A stretch of DNA of 64,000 nt from Octopus sinensis (GCF_006345805.1 NC_043011.1:46698464-46762463), one strand, 5' to 3'. Counted from the stretch's first letter, positions 12,586 to 25,547 are shown. The notes: generated by a model from the letters alone, not told the origin. A program made the numbers and translations.

Positions 12586-12679
12586 TCCACAATTGGAGCT
12601 CGGCACTTCTTCACACAGCTCTCCTCATCCACATGCATCACATGACAAAACCATCACAGTCTTCTCCCTTGCACACAGC

Positions 12680-13080
12680 ACAGTTGCCCTAATGTTTTAA
12701 GAAAAAGGAGGGCACATTAAATAACGTAGTCCAAGATAGACTATGCCTGAAAAATAACAATCGAAGAAAAAAAAAGATGGGCTGGTTAGAGAATGAATTC
12801 CTGGTTTGTTGGATCAAACCTGACCAGGGACTAAACAACACACTGTTAAACACTACATAGGGTCTTCATGGGGAAGAAATCCCTATGTGATTGTTCAACC
12901 TGCTAAAATTAGCACCCAAATGCTCATTAAATCATAATTCACCATCTTGGGAACAGGAAGGACTCATTAGATAAGTAGTTTTACATATATTCTCTGACAG
13001 GTGTGATGGTCATGGTTTGAATAATTTGATCATAATTTTTTTGTTTTTGATTAGGGGTGACCAAGGGCTAAATAACTGGA
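12680..13080 (-). repeat. Old dispersed ~230-bp family (OLD), two degraded tandem units
   Basis: Reverse complements of tttagccccaggtcag...tgatcaaa...catgaccatc and atttgggtgctaattttagcaggttgaac. Confidence 0.55.
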
Positions 13081-13158
13081 AGACTGCTAGTAAATGAACG
13101 AAATAATATTAAAAAAAGAAAGGAAAAATGAAAGAAAAGAAGATTAAGTAATATATGT

Positions 13159-13559
13159 AGGTGCAAGCATAGCTGTGTGGTAAGAAGTTTGCTTCCGAAC
13201 CACATGATTCTGGGTTCAGTCCCACTGCGTGGAACCATGGGCAAGTATCTTCTACTATAGCCTTGGACCGACCAAAGCCTTGTGCATATATTTGGTAGAT
13301 GAAAACTGAAAGAAGCCTGCCCTTATGTGCATTTGTGTGTGTGAGTGCTGTGTGTGTTTGTACCTGTATTTGTCCCCATTACTGCTTGACAACCAGCGGT
13401 GGTGTAACTTAGCAGTTCAGCAAAGGTGATGTACAAAATAAGTACCATGCTTTAAAACAAAATTAGAACTGGGGTTTATTCGTTTGACTAAAATCCTTCA
13501 AGGATGTACTCCAGCATGGCCGCAGTCTAACAACTGAAACAAGTATAAGAATAAAAGAA
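13159..13559 (+). mobile_element. SINE-A, diverged
   Basis: Head and tail motifs present. Confidence 0.85.
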
Positions 13560-14653
13560 TATATTTTTCGATCATTTTATTATAAAACTTTATTATTTTA
13601 AATAATTTGCCTGAATTTTAGTCTGAGATTTACATACTTTATTATTATTTTTATTTATGTGAAATATTTTCTCTGAGATATTTTTCATTAAAGACACATA
13701 CCAGGTTTTGTTTATTAATTAATTAATTAAATTACTGTTTTTTATTTTCGTTAACGAATTTGATATTTATAAGTGAATGAAACGACAAAACAAGAATAAA
13801 ATCTAAAGGTCCCCTCCCCTCTAAGCTTCAAATAAATATTAAATGAAAATCAGGTGGAAATGGCCATTTTATTTCTAATAGCAAATAATTGTGAATGTGT
13901 CTCTAGCCGGTGGCAAGGTCGTCTGAAGGTGATCCTGTTCCAAAGTGATCACGTCTTACCTAAAACGACAATGTCCACTTCCACACACAGACACACAGAC
14001 TACATCTTCTCTGGAATTGCTGAGAGAGAGAAAGAGATAGAGATATATAGAGGAAGAAAGAGTGAGAGAAAGAGAAAGTGAAAAAAAAAGGGAGGGAGAA
14101 AAAAGAAGTGCAAGGGAGGTAACTCTGAGCTTCCTATACGGTTTTTTTTTTTTTCGGAAAATCTGTACTGATGTTTTGGGTATAGTAATGACCGATTCGG
14201 TCCAGTGTATCTTTAGACTGGTCAAAAATCGAAGAGAGGAGGAAGCAAAAGATCATGTATTTGACCTGTCGTCGGTGTTGTACGGTAGTCTTAGACCTTC
14301 GACCCAACGTATATAGCTACTTCTCCCTTAACACAGACCACTTGCTGTAAAGAAAGTGACCATGGCACCAGTCAGTCGAAAACAGGATCATTGGATAAAT
14401 AACAAACGTGTGAATTTCAAATGACCCTGCAATATCGAGTTCAAATACTGCTACAGCAAAATACGGCCAAGTTGAATTACGATCTTTACACTTAGGGCAT
14501 ATAAAATCATTAGTGGCAAACACCAAATTTTACAGTATGTTGTGGGACAAGCTACAGCATATACAAGTGTATATCTGCATGCATATATGTGTGTGTGTAT
14601 GCATGTATGTATAAGGTATAATCATCCTTTCATATATCTGAGTGTGTGTATGC

Positions 14654-14692
<39 letters not shown>

Positions 14693-14695
<3 letters not shown>

Positions 14696-14858
14696 AAACA
14701 AGTCAAAATAGAAAATGCTAAAATAATTTTATAAAGAACATTTCAGTACCGGTTTCGGTCATTTTGAGACCTTTTCAACTGTAACGATTAAATAATTAAA
14801 TTTAGAAAAATTAGAAGAAAAGTTTTTTTAAAGGAATATTTCTGCCTTTCTCTCTCTC
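14693..14858 (-). mobile_element. pLTR-like insert in (TA)n carrying a minimal hammerhead
   Basis: Unique 165-bp island between long TA tracts containing the fold at 14741-14784. Confidence 0.6.
14741..14784 (-). ncRNA. Minimal type I hammerhead ribozyme with U3-A8 core variant (predicted)
   Basis: Minus strand: ttacag-UUGAAAA-ggtc(tcaaaat)gacc-GAAA-ccgg-UA-ctgaaa; stems I (cag/ctg), II (ggtc/gacc) and palindromic III (ACCGGU) all pair. Confidence 0.65.
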
Positions 14859-14865
14859 TATATAG

Positions 14866-14933
<68 letters not shown>

Positions 14934-14936
14934 AGT

Positions 14937-14994
<58 letters not shown>

Positions 14995-15293
14995 GTGCTT
15001 GGGCAAACAAAATTTATAGACACACACAGGCATTTATATTTATGCATATACAATGGTATTTCCAAAAAGTCAAGGCTACTCTCATTCAAACATGTCCCAT
15101 ACAGGCACATTTTAACGAAATAATATATATTACAAATATCATAGAAGTATGAGTGAGTTTGTCTGACTGCATGTGTAATAACTATGTGTGTGTGTGTGTA
15201 TGCATATGTGGGTATTTTTCTTATATCTACACATACATGCATGTATATATATATATATATATTATATATACACACATACATATAAGCATGTAT

Positions 15294-15338
<45 letters not shown>

Positions 15339-15344
15339 GTATAC

Positions 15345-15380
<36 letters not shown>

Positions 15381-15381
15381 G

Positions 15382-15643
15382 CCAATTAAGGACTGAACAC
15401 GAAAAGGTGGACAGTCAACATGCTAGATATAGACGTCAAATCGCCATTCTCCACAAGGATTATGTTCTCATAATCCTTGTGGAGAATGGCGATTTGACGT
15501 CTATATCTAGCATGTTGACTGTCCACCTTTTCGTGTTCAGTCCTTAATTGGTATATAAAATATTTTAATCTTCGGATCTTTTTAATGTGCTAGACCACTG
15601 GTTTTAATTGACTAATATCAATTTCTACCCTTAATTTTTAAAT
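15382..15643 (+). mobile_element. Fold-back insert family HP3 in (TA)n
   Basis: Perfect palindrome 15382-15551 (83-bp arms, 4-nt loop ttct) plus tail ending tagaccactggtt...ttctacccttaatt. Confidence 0.75.
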
Positions 15644-15644
15644 A

Positions 15645-16400
15645 TATATATATATGTATATTTATACACACATACATATACATATGCATATATAGACATA
15701 TGCAAATATATATATATACGTATATATACAGATGCATATATATATATACATATACACATGCATATATATATATATGCATATATATATATGCATATATATA
15801 CATATGCATATATATATATACATATATATACATATGCATATATATATTTTTTCCACCTTGTTTCACATTTATGTGTTTACTCCGGTATATATATATATAT
15901 ATATATATGCATATATATACATATGCATATATGATATATACATATATATACATATGCATATATATATATACATACATATATATACATATGCATATATGAT
16001 ATATACATATATATACATATGCATATATATATATATTATATATATAATATATAATATATGGATATATATATATAAATATGCATATATATACATATGCATA
16101 TATGTATAGACATATGCATATATATATATACATATATATACTTATGCATATATATATATACATATATGTACATATGCAATATTATATATACTATATTACA
16201 TAGGCATTATATATATATATTATATATATATACATATATATATATTCATATATGTATATACATATATATATATATATTCATATATATATACATATGCACA
16301 TATATATATATCTATATCTACATAGATATATACATGCATATATGCATATATATATATATATATAACATATGCATATATATGTACATATGCATATATGTAT

Positions 16401-16449
<49 letters not shown>

Positions 16450-16565
16450 CATATACAAACATATATAAAAGCATATATATATATATATATATATACATAC
16501 ATATACAAACATATATATATTACATGCATTCATATGTATATATGCGTTTTTATATATATATATAA
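15645..16565. repeat. Long (TA)n-derived array with recurring catatgcatata units
   Basis: Visible. Confidence 0.9.
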
Positions 16566-17753
16566 CCTGCAAACTGCCAGTACATTTTCCTCTGTGTGTT
16601 GTGTGAGTGTGCAGTAAACCGGTAGACATGTAAATATTCACCTCAACTAAATTCAATTGTCGCTTCCAATTAAGCAAATATTGAGTTAATCAAATTGAAA
16701 TTCTTCAAATCTAACGAGATTATCTCCTCCCTAGGAGTGATATGTAGAGAATGGTTTACACTGATAACAATTCTGCATGGCTCATTTAAAAGTAAACAAC
16801 GTATATACATACACATATATAAGTGTGTGTATATACAAATACATATATACACACTCAAAAACACAAATGAAAAACAAAGCACACACATGTATGTATATGT
16901 CTAACATATTCATTTGTTTGTATATGGATATATGCATGCATGTATGTATGCGTATATAATCAATATCATTAATATAATTAATATCATCATCATCAACACC
17001 AATATCATCATTATCACCAACATTTTTATGTCTGTTTTTCAATGCTTTCATGGGTTTGATGAGTCCTCTCTAACAGAGTCTACCACCAATTATTGCACCT
17101 CCCATGTCTTTTGTCTCTCGGTCCATCTAACTCTTATTCTGAAGGCACTGTTCTGTAACCTATGATGGGTAGTGCATACTGACTTTCATGCTTTTAGTCT
17201 GTTTGAAATGTGATCAAGTGGTTAATTGGTTTTCTGAAAATTGAACTCCAGAAGCCTTGATCCATCCTCATTCACGGAACCAAATCTGTAACAGTAATTA
17301 CTCAACGGCAGCTGTCACAGTGCTTCCCAATATGTTTGCTGATTTCACCAACCATGATGATGAATTCTCTCTTCATCTGTTAGCGAGGTTGTATGCAAGA
17401 GAACCTCATGAAAGCAGAAATTTTTCTCATCTATTTAAGCACAACTGTAGGGCATGCCCAGAGATAACAGACATTCTTGCTTTGCCAACAACTAGTTTAA
17501 GTTTAATTATCATGTTACATAATCAAGATAGCTCAATTATTTATTTATCCAATTGAATTAGTATTTATCCAATACAAATTCAAACTAACCCAGAATCGTT
17601 TCCTATGCAGAAGAACTTGTACAGGTGTTCTCTACCTGTGAAGAGTTTCAGTCAGGTTTGATGCGCTCTTACTTTTTGCACACAGGTCATCTCACCAGAC
17701 CTACATTTCATTGTACCAATATCGGTGGCTGCAACTGAGAGGCATGACACATA

Positions 17754-18125
17754 TGCATAGACAAGGGTGTGAATACATATAAGTATACAGAAAGAAATGA
17801 GCAAATGTGCAAATATATAAATGGGTGTGCAGGTACCAGTTCTTATGGCTGTTTCTGCCAAGAGGCAACAAAATTTTGCTGCCTCTTGGCAGAAACGGCA
17901 ATAAGGAACTTGTACTTGCACACCCATTTATATTTTTGCTCATTTGCTTCTATATACTTATATGTATTCACACCCTTGTCGATGCAGTTCCCCAGCTTTT
18001 CCCACTCGCTAATCTGTATAAAGCATACCTGTGTGTGAATTCATCCTTTACAATGGAATAAATAGACGTACTTGAATGTTTACTGGATCATGTCTGTTGA
18101 ATTTATATCCTCTCCATTTTTTATC

Positions 18126-18130
<5 letters not shown>
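17754..18130 (+). mobile_element. Older fold-back insert (HP4) with truncated hammerhead-like 3' half
   Basis: Imperfect palindrome 17754-17986 centred on aaaatttt (~17873); right arm starts tgcc-tctt-ggca-GAAAC; tail runs into (TA)n. Confidence 0.55.
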
Positions 18131-18184
<54 letters not shown>

Positions 18185-18200
18185 CATATATATATATACT

Positions 18201-18264
<64 letters not shown>

Positions 18265-18317
18265 TATATACATATATATATATACACACATATATATATA
18301 CATACATATATATATAC

Positions 18318-18348
<31 letters not shown>

Positions 18349-18500
18349 TATACATACATATATATATATATACACATATATATACACACACATATATATA
18401 TACATACATATATGTATATATACACATATATACACACACACATATATATATATACACATATATATGTATGTATACACACACACATACATATGTATATACG

Positions 18501-18563
<63 letters not shown>

Positions 18564-18740
18564 ATTTGAAAAAATGAATAGAAATGGCTTTTCTGTGCGT
18601 ATAAATGCATACACATATATATGTATAATTAAATATCTAGAATCATAGAATCAAAGTTCACCTATACCTTGATACCTTGCATTTCACAAGCTACATTTGT
18701 CTAGATTATTGAGCATGGAAACTTTGATTAGAAGAAGACA

Positions 18741-18774
<34 letters not shown>

Positions 18775-18775
<1 letters not shown>

Positions 18776-19095
18776 TGTGTACAGTGCTCAGGTGCACTAC
18801 AACTCATCTAAAGTGTATATATAATCAGGTGTAGTTTCGGCGGATTTCGGAAAGCATGAGGGCCTTAAAAGATGCAGTGTCATGGCAGTCAACAACTGAT
18901 GCAGGCAGTTTATTCCATGCTTCAGCAACTCTGAGCGTGAAAAAATGTTTCCGAAAGTCATGGGAGCTGTGTTGTTTTCTGACTTTGTAGGCATGTCCAC
19001 GTGTGTTAGACACATGGAGATCAAAAAGGTGTTCAGTGTTGTTGTTGGTGAGGTGGTTGATAACTTTGTGGGTGTTTACCAAGTCCGTCGCCAAA
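18775..19095 (-). pseudogene. CR1-clade LINE 3' end
   Basis: DLVNTHKVINHL...SNTRGHAYKVRKQHSSHDFRKHFFTLRVAEAWNKLPASVV followed by (ATT)n tail. Confidence 0.85.
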
Positions 19096-19318
19096 TAGAT
19101 GGAGTAATACACGCCATATATTGATGACATGTTACTAGTCTGTTAGCATGGTTACAGCTTTCGTAAATGGGGCGGGGTCAAGCTGACTTACAACAGAAAA
19201 AAAAAAAAACAGGTAAAATTAAATAAATTGAAAGGTAGCACTTTAAATTGTCTTGATTATTAGTTTGTGTCCTGAATAATAAAAACATTTGTTGTGTGAC
19301 TTGTGAAATCTGTGCTAT

Positions 19319-19730
19319 GGGTGCAGGAGTGGCTGTGTGGTAAGTAGCTTGCTTACCAACCACATGGTTCCGGGTTCCGGGTTCAGTCCCACTGCGTGGC
19401 ACCTTGGACAAGTCTATTCTACTATAGCTTCGGGCCGACCAAAGCCTTGTGAGTGGATTTGGTAGACGGAAACTGAAAGAAGCCCATCGTATATATGTAT
19501 ATATGTGTGCATGTATGTTTGTGTGAGTTTGTCCCCTCAGCATTGCTTGACAACCGATGCTGGTGTGTTTATGTCCCCGTCACTTAGCGGTTCGGCAAAA
19601 GAGACCGATAGAATAAGTACTGGGTTTACAAAGAATAAGTCCCGGGGTCGAGTTGCTCGACTAAAGGCGGTGCTCCAGCATGGCCGCAGTCAACTGACTG
19701 AAACAAGTAAAAGAGTAAAAGAGTAAAGAG
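19319..19730 (+). mobile_element. SINE-A, full length
   Basis: Both halves intact; ggttccg duplicated in the B-box region. Confidence 0.9.
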
Positions 19731-19949
19731 TGAGGTTCAATCTGATTTCAGCTGATCTAATGAAATATATACTCTACCTCAGGTATTGAGCACTCTATGT
19801 TCTGTTTGCTGTCACTAATGAGCATGCATGTGTGTGTGTGTATATATGTGTGTATGTATATGGATAAGAACATGGAGTCCCTTTAATTCCTCAGCTCATC
19901 ACATGTTATGTGTCAGTTTCTGTATGGGAGTTTATAAGTAAAGTATGCT

Positions 19950-19998
<49 letters not shown>

Positions 19999-20289
19999 GC
20001 ACACAGAGAGAGACAGAGGGAGAGAAAGAGAAAGAGAGAATAAATATGAATGTATAGATAGACTGGCAGTTATAATGAGAGAAACAACAAATTATTAGAT
20101 AGATAAACTGCATTTGTGGCTAACAAACAAAGTTAATCTTTTTCCAAATCTGAAAAATCAATACAGTTTGTTTCCATGGCATTTAACAGAAGCGAATTAA
20201 ATTTCCCCATGGATAAGATGCTAGATTTTGCTTCTAATTATATCAGAAAAGCCATCTATGCCGTTGTCATTGGACTTCAGAGAAGTTTT

Positions 20290-20590
20290 CAAGAAGCACT
20301 TCTATGATCAAAGGTTTTCCACCTGTGACCACTCCATTTATTTTTTGCCTCTTTTTTCCTGCACACGATGCATCTAGCACCACCAGCATCACCAAATACG
20401 TCTTTCTTTTTTGTGTTTGTTCTTTAATCCAAGTTAGCGCTGGTTTAGCACACTTGTGATCATCGGCTTTCCAGCTATGACTACTCCAACTTGATTTCAG
20501 GAATAGTGTATCCAGGACTGTATCAGTCCATGTGTCAGTCTCTTTTCTAGATGGTAGGGCGATTTCAGAGATATCTACATGGTTGTTGCA
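20290..20590 (+). repeat. OLD family, degraded tandem units
   Basis: tatgatcaaagg...gtgaccactcc; gtgatcatcggctttccagctatgactactcc...atagtgtatccaggactgtatc...ggtagggcgatttcagagat. Confidence 0.5.
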
Positions 20591-21057
20591 CCTCTACTCA
20601 TGTAACACAGCCAATCATAATAGCCATTATGGTAGTGGCCACAGTGAAGTCACATCTCCACTCACATAACACAGCTAATCAAAATAATCATAACAGTCTC
20701 TGTAACCATGGTTACAATGACAGCATCCTTACAGCAAACAACTCAATGAACATTCAAAATATTCAGAAATGAGAAAACCATGACTAATATTTCCAATATT
20801 TCAAAAATTCAGTGAAGTGTGTAATTCTAAAGATTTCTCAAAACAACTGATAGTGGTCATTGTTATATATTTCATGGACTAAAGACAGTATATTTATAGA
20901 AGCTAAAAATAAAAAATCCATTCCTTTTCATTCTCTTTTTTTATTTTCTGAAGTGGTTGTCACTTCTCACTTGCAATGTTTTCTTCACAGTCTTTCATTT
21001 TAAAATATCATTTACTTTTACTGTACAAAACGGAAATAATATAATTATTTTTTTAGT

Positions 21058-21470
21058 CAGGAGTGGCTGTGTGGTAAGTAGCTCACTTACCAACCACATG
21101 GTTCTGGGTTCAGTCCCACTGCATGGCACCTTGGGCAAGTGTCTTCTACTATTGCCTCAGGCCGACCAAAGCCTTGTGAGTTGATTTGGTAGATGGAAAC
21201 TGAAAGAAGCCCATCGTATATATATATTTCTTTACTGCCCACAAAGGGCTAAACATAGAGGGGACAAACAAGGACAGACAAAGGGATTAAGTCGATTACA
21301 TCGACCCCAGTGCATAACTGGTACTTAATTTATCGACCCCGAAAGGATGAAAGGCAAAGTCGACCTCAGTGGAATTTGAACTCAGAACGTAACGGCGGAC
21401 GAAATACGGCTACGCATTTCGCCCGGCATGCTAACGTTTCTGCCAGCTCACTGCCCATCGTATATATGTG

Positions 21471-21517
<47 letters not shown>

Positions 21518-21708
21518 ATGTTTGCGTGTCTTGACAACCGATTCTGGTGTGTTTACATCCCCATCACTTAGCAGTTCGGCAAAAGAGCCTGATAGAATAA
21601 GTACTAGGCTTACAAAGAATAAGTCCTGGGGTCGATTTGCTCGACTAAAGGCGGTGCTCCAGCATGGCCACAGTCAAATGACTGAAACAAGTAAAAGAGT
21701 AAAAGAGT
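21058..21708 (+). mobile_element. SINE-A interrupted by a SINE-B
   Basis: Head 21058-21226; second half 21453-21708. Confidence 0.88.
21228..21452 (-). mobile_element. SINE-B, full length with TSD
   Basis: Flanked by direct repeat gcccatcgtatatat (~21209 and ~21453). Confidence 0.88.
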
Positions 21709-22659
21709 AATATTTCTCAAGCAAGATGGATTAGCAGAATTAATATAACATCAGACAAACTACCTTTGTGGTATTTAGTTACTACTCTTTACAACCTGAG
21801 CTCAAATCTTATAGAGGTCAACTTGGTCTTTTATCTTTCTGGGACTTGATAAAATGTTGACTTTTCCTTCCCACCCTCAAAAACTCATTAGCTTGCTCAT
21901 CCATCGATGGATGTCTCAGGTCACCAAAATGTCAAGATAACTTTATTAGTCCCAGTCTCAAATGGTATATTGTAAACATAGATAGAAATACCAGTTGCTA
22001 CAAAGGAATAAAAACTTACAGTTTACAGAAGTTAAGTGGAATATAACCATTACTTATAGCATGGTTTTTAAATGCAAAGAGCTTTTGAATGACAGATTTT
22101 GGCTTTGGGTTCAGTACATAAAACAGATTAAAAGATAAACTGTTCTTTATGTAATACAAAGAACATATCCAGATGATTTGGTTTCAGGTGTTCTGCCCAA
22201 TTAAACAGCAAAACTAGAAATCAAGACCTATCACTTTGTAGTCTTATAATCTATGCACTCAGCTATTTCTCGTCTAATGTAACTCATATTAGTTCTGTAG
22301 AGTAGCCTTTCCTTCGTTTAGTTTACAACCATCATTAATACCAGCAGAATGCTTCTATACTAGGGTTGGGGTTTCCTCTCCCACAAACTTCTGGCACAAT
22401 TTACCCTGCATTTAAATTCGAAACTTCCTGTTGATGAAGTCTTTGAAAACCCATATGAAAACTGTAATTAAATATTAATCATATATCTATGAATCTGTAA
22501 AATTAATGATTCATTACTTATTCTCACCATTTGGAATTTTCCCCAAAGACTAAACCGATACTCTCGCTCTTTCTCCTTGTGGCTATTCCACATGCTAGAA
22601 ACAGGAGCCAAAACTCTTTCAGTGCCATCTTAAAGAAAGGATGGATAAAAAGAATGTAT

Positions 22660-22701
<42 letters not shown>

Positions 22702-22710
22702 TATAATAAT

Positions 22711-23212
22711 AAATGCCCTGAAGTAGTACCAGACAGTCGCCCTCGTGGCTTCTGATCTTAACTGATTGGAAGTGTTATCACGTACATTGTTTTGTCTTGG
22801 TATAAAAGATGGGCTACAGCAAATATTCTGCTCAATACCAGATTTGTTTCTCAGTTGTTTGACCTTAACCATTTGACCATATCCCTTGGTGGCTGACGAT
22901 ATGTGCATCTCTGATCATGAGCAGAAGTAGTGGGGGAGCATCATAGCCATGTGTTGAAAGGAGTTTGGGTGGAGGTTGAATAATTCACTTTTGGAAACAT
23001 GGGTGGTTCATTCAACATCTTTAAACATTCCTTATTCAGGGACCATTTGAGCGGGATGGGATACTTGACCAGAAGAAAATTCTAACTGGGCCCCACCTGC
23101 AAGGTCATGCGCTATTTATCTTGATATGACATCACCATGTTGTAGACACATGGTTGTGATGCATGTGCCTAGTGTACCCTTAACAGATGGGTAGTCATGA
23201 TGAGTATACTCA
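22711..23212. mobile_element. ~520-bp non-coding element flanked by (AAT)n, copy 1
   Basis: Homologous to 47061-47592 and 53958-54496; both ends abut AAT arrays. Confidence 0.8.
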
Positions 23213-23221
23213 ATAATAATA

Positions 23222-23265
<44 letters not shown>

Positions 23266-23269
23266 TATT

Positions 23270-23936
23270 ATGTGGAGAATATGTGGAGATGGACAAGAAA
23301 CAATAAATCATATTATCTCTAGCTGCCCAGTCCTGGCTAAGAAGGAATATATTCACAGACATGACAGAGTTGGAACCTACATACATTGGAAGCTATGCCA
23401 ACATTATGGAATAACAACAGAAAAAAGATGGTATAGGCACACACCAGAAAAGGTCACAGAAAACGAGAAAGCAACCATACTCTGGGATATGCCGATACAC
23501 ACAGATAGAGAAATTAAGGCCAACAGACCAGATATAGTTGTCAGAGATCATGAAGAAAAAAAATGCTTTCTAATTGATGTATCAATACCGGCAGATGACA
23601 ACGTGTCTCTAAAAGAAATGGAGAAACTCTCAAAATACAAAGACCTGGAAATAGAGGTAACTCGAATGTGGAACCTGAAAACAGAAACAATTCCTATCAT
23701 AGTAGGTGCATTAGGCATGATAAAAAAATATTCAGACAAATACATAACAAAAACACCAGGACTTACAAACACATATAACATACAGAAAATTGCACTACTA
23801 GGCACTGCACACATCCTACGCAGAACACTTTCCATACAATAACCATCAGAGCATCACAACAAATCACAGCACATACCCAAGGCACACAGAGCTGCGCTCG
23901 GTAGTGAAGTGAAAGCACGCTATAAAAATAAAACTA

Positions 23937-23940
<4 letters not shown>
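23270..23940 (+). pseudogene. R4/Dong-type non-LTR retrotransposon 3' end (CCHC zinc knuckle + restriction-like endonuclease), ORF intact over 23270-23842
   Basis: RICGDGQETINHIISSC...RHD...LWD..IHTD....NRPDIV......LIDVSIP......KE.EK..KY.DL..E; 5'-truncated; embedded in (AAT)n. Confidence 0.9.
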
Positions 23941-23981
<41 letters not shown>

Positions 23982-23984
23982 TGA

Positions 23985-24300
23985 GTGAGAAGCATAAACT
24001 AGAAGGTATCACTCAAAATAATGAGTAGGATTTTACAATCCAGTGTGATTCAGTGATTGATACTTGGTGATCAGACTTAGCTGTAGTTGATAAAATGATG
24101 AAGGAAAGCAAGATCATAGATATTGCCATACCTGAGGATGTACGAGTGGATGATGAAGAACAGGAAAAGATTGAGAAATAGAAGCCACTAAAAGATGCGA
24201 TTGCATGGGTGTTGGTACTGTCATCCCAGTAGTTGTTGGGGTACTGGGAGCATTAACAAACGAGTCTGAGGAATTTCATTGACAAACTAACATTTAAATA
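23985..24300 (+). pseudogene. Degenerate R4/Dong-type RLE fragment
   Basis: DFTIQCDSVI..SDLAVVDK...IIDIAIPED.RV..EEQEKIEK...VIPVVVGVLG with stops; follows (AAT)n. Confidence 0.75.
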
Positions 24301-24325
24301 TATGCACATATATATATATACATGT

Positions 24326-24394
<69 letters not shown>

Positions 24395-24411
24395 TTCATA
24401 TATATATATAT

Positions 24412-24570
24412 AAAACATACTGTCCCATGATAGTAAGATCAACAAAAAAGTACTCCAACTGGTGAAAGATAAATATTATTTAATGGAAAAAATGCATGTT
24501 TTATGTGCTACCAATGGTTTCATATATAGAGAAACACTTCAAATATATTCATCAAGCAGAACCCCACCCG
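24412..24570 (-). mobile_element. pLTR-like insert in (TA)n with hammerhead fold
   Basis: TA-flanked unique island containing the motif at 24506-24558. Confidence 0.5.
24506..24558 (-). ncRNA. Hammerhead ribozyme-like fold (U3 variant)
   Basis: Minus strand: tgc-UUGAUGA-atatat(15 nt)atatat-GAAA-ccattgg-UA-gca. Confidence 0.55.
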
Positions 24571-24689
24571 TATATATATATATATCCAGCGGTAATCTGG
24601 ATAGAGTACTGGCATGTAGATGAAAATATGCAAGTTCAAAGAGCAGGATATTATTAAGGCAGGATAAAACTGGTGTGACTACGTGAGTG

Positions 24690-25056
24690 TATAATATCTA
24701 GTTGAAATTTATAGAAAAACAAAAGATGAAGACAGGTGTATTAGTTTGACGCTCAGGAAAATGAAAAAGTCTTTTACGTTTTGAACCTATGCTCTTCAAC
24801 AGAAGGAATAAGAGAAAACAAACAGAGATAGAATGGAAAACAAATTGTAGACTTAATGGTCAAGCATGGCAACTGCTATATCTACAAGTGTTTTGTCATT
24901 CTCTCTGTCTATTATCTCTTATTCCTTTCTGTTGAAGAGCGTAGGCTCAAAACGTAAAAGACTTCTTTATTTTCCCGAGCTTCAAACTAATACACCTGCT
25001 TGTTGTTCATATACCTGTTTTTGTCTTTTGTTTTTCTATAAATTTTAACGATATAT

Positions 25057-25060
<4 letters not shown>
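24690..25060. mobile_element. Fold-back insert family HP5 (two diverged inverted arms, each with a hammerhead-like motif)
   Basis: 24701-24850 is approximately the reverse complement of 24880-25049; right arm cttt-CTGTTGA-a-gagc(gtag)gctc-aaaa-cgta-aaag. Confidence 0.7.
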
Positions 25061-25131
<71 letters not shown>

Positions 25132-25172
25132 TATATATATATAATATATATATATATATATTCGATACATAT

Positions 25173-25487
25173 GAGGGGTGAAACATAATTAATTTAATAA
25201 AATTAATAAATTTCACCTTGTAGTTTTTTCGGTATGGAAATGACCATATTCGGTAAGGATTATATATAATTATAATAAAGTGTTATTTGCAACAAGTCGC
25301 TTAAACCACATACCAAAAATATTAGAAATAGCAGCCAAATAGGTTACCATTACTATTACTACAAAAATAAATCTCCACAAACAAACAGAATTTGTAAACC
25401 GTATATGGTAAAGAGAAGGAAGATAACGAAATCACAGCCTACGTTGGATCAATTATGGACGAATCGTTTCTGGATTAGAATCGAAAA

Positions 25488-25490
<3 letters not shown>
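25173..25490 (-). mobile_element. HP2-related insert in (TA)n (no inverted arm)
   Basis: Minus strand contains tatttggctgctatttctaata and a tail aactacaaggtgaaatt...attaattatgtttcacccct similar to 3940-4023. Confidence 0.55.
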
Positions 25491-25530
<40 letters not shown>

Positions 25531-25547
25531 TATATATATATACATGT

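Noticed and set aside
14788-18648. Numerous YI/CV/HT-rich ORFs
   Set aside because: Artefacts of (TA)n and (TG)n lacking stop codons.
23548-23835. Minus-strand ORF (also 51132-51434)
   Set aside because: Antisense shadow of the RLE coding frames.
25320-25340. Resemblance of (gc)tagaaatagca to the Cas9 sgRNA scaffold
   Set aside because: Short coincidental match to an engineered tetraloop; flanks do not match.
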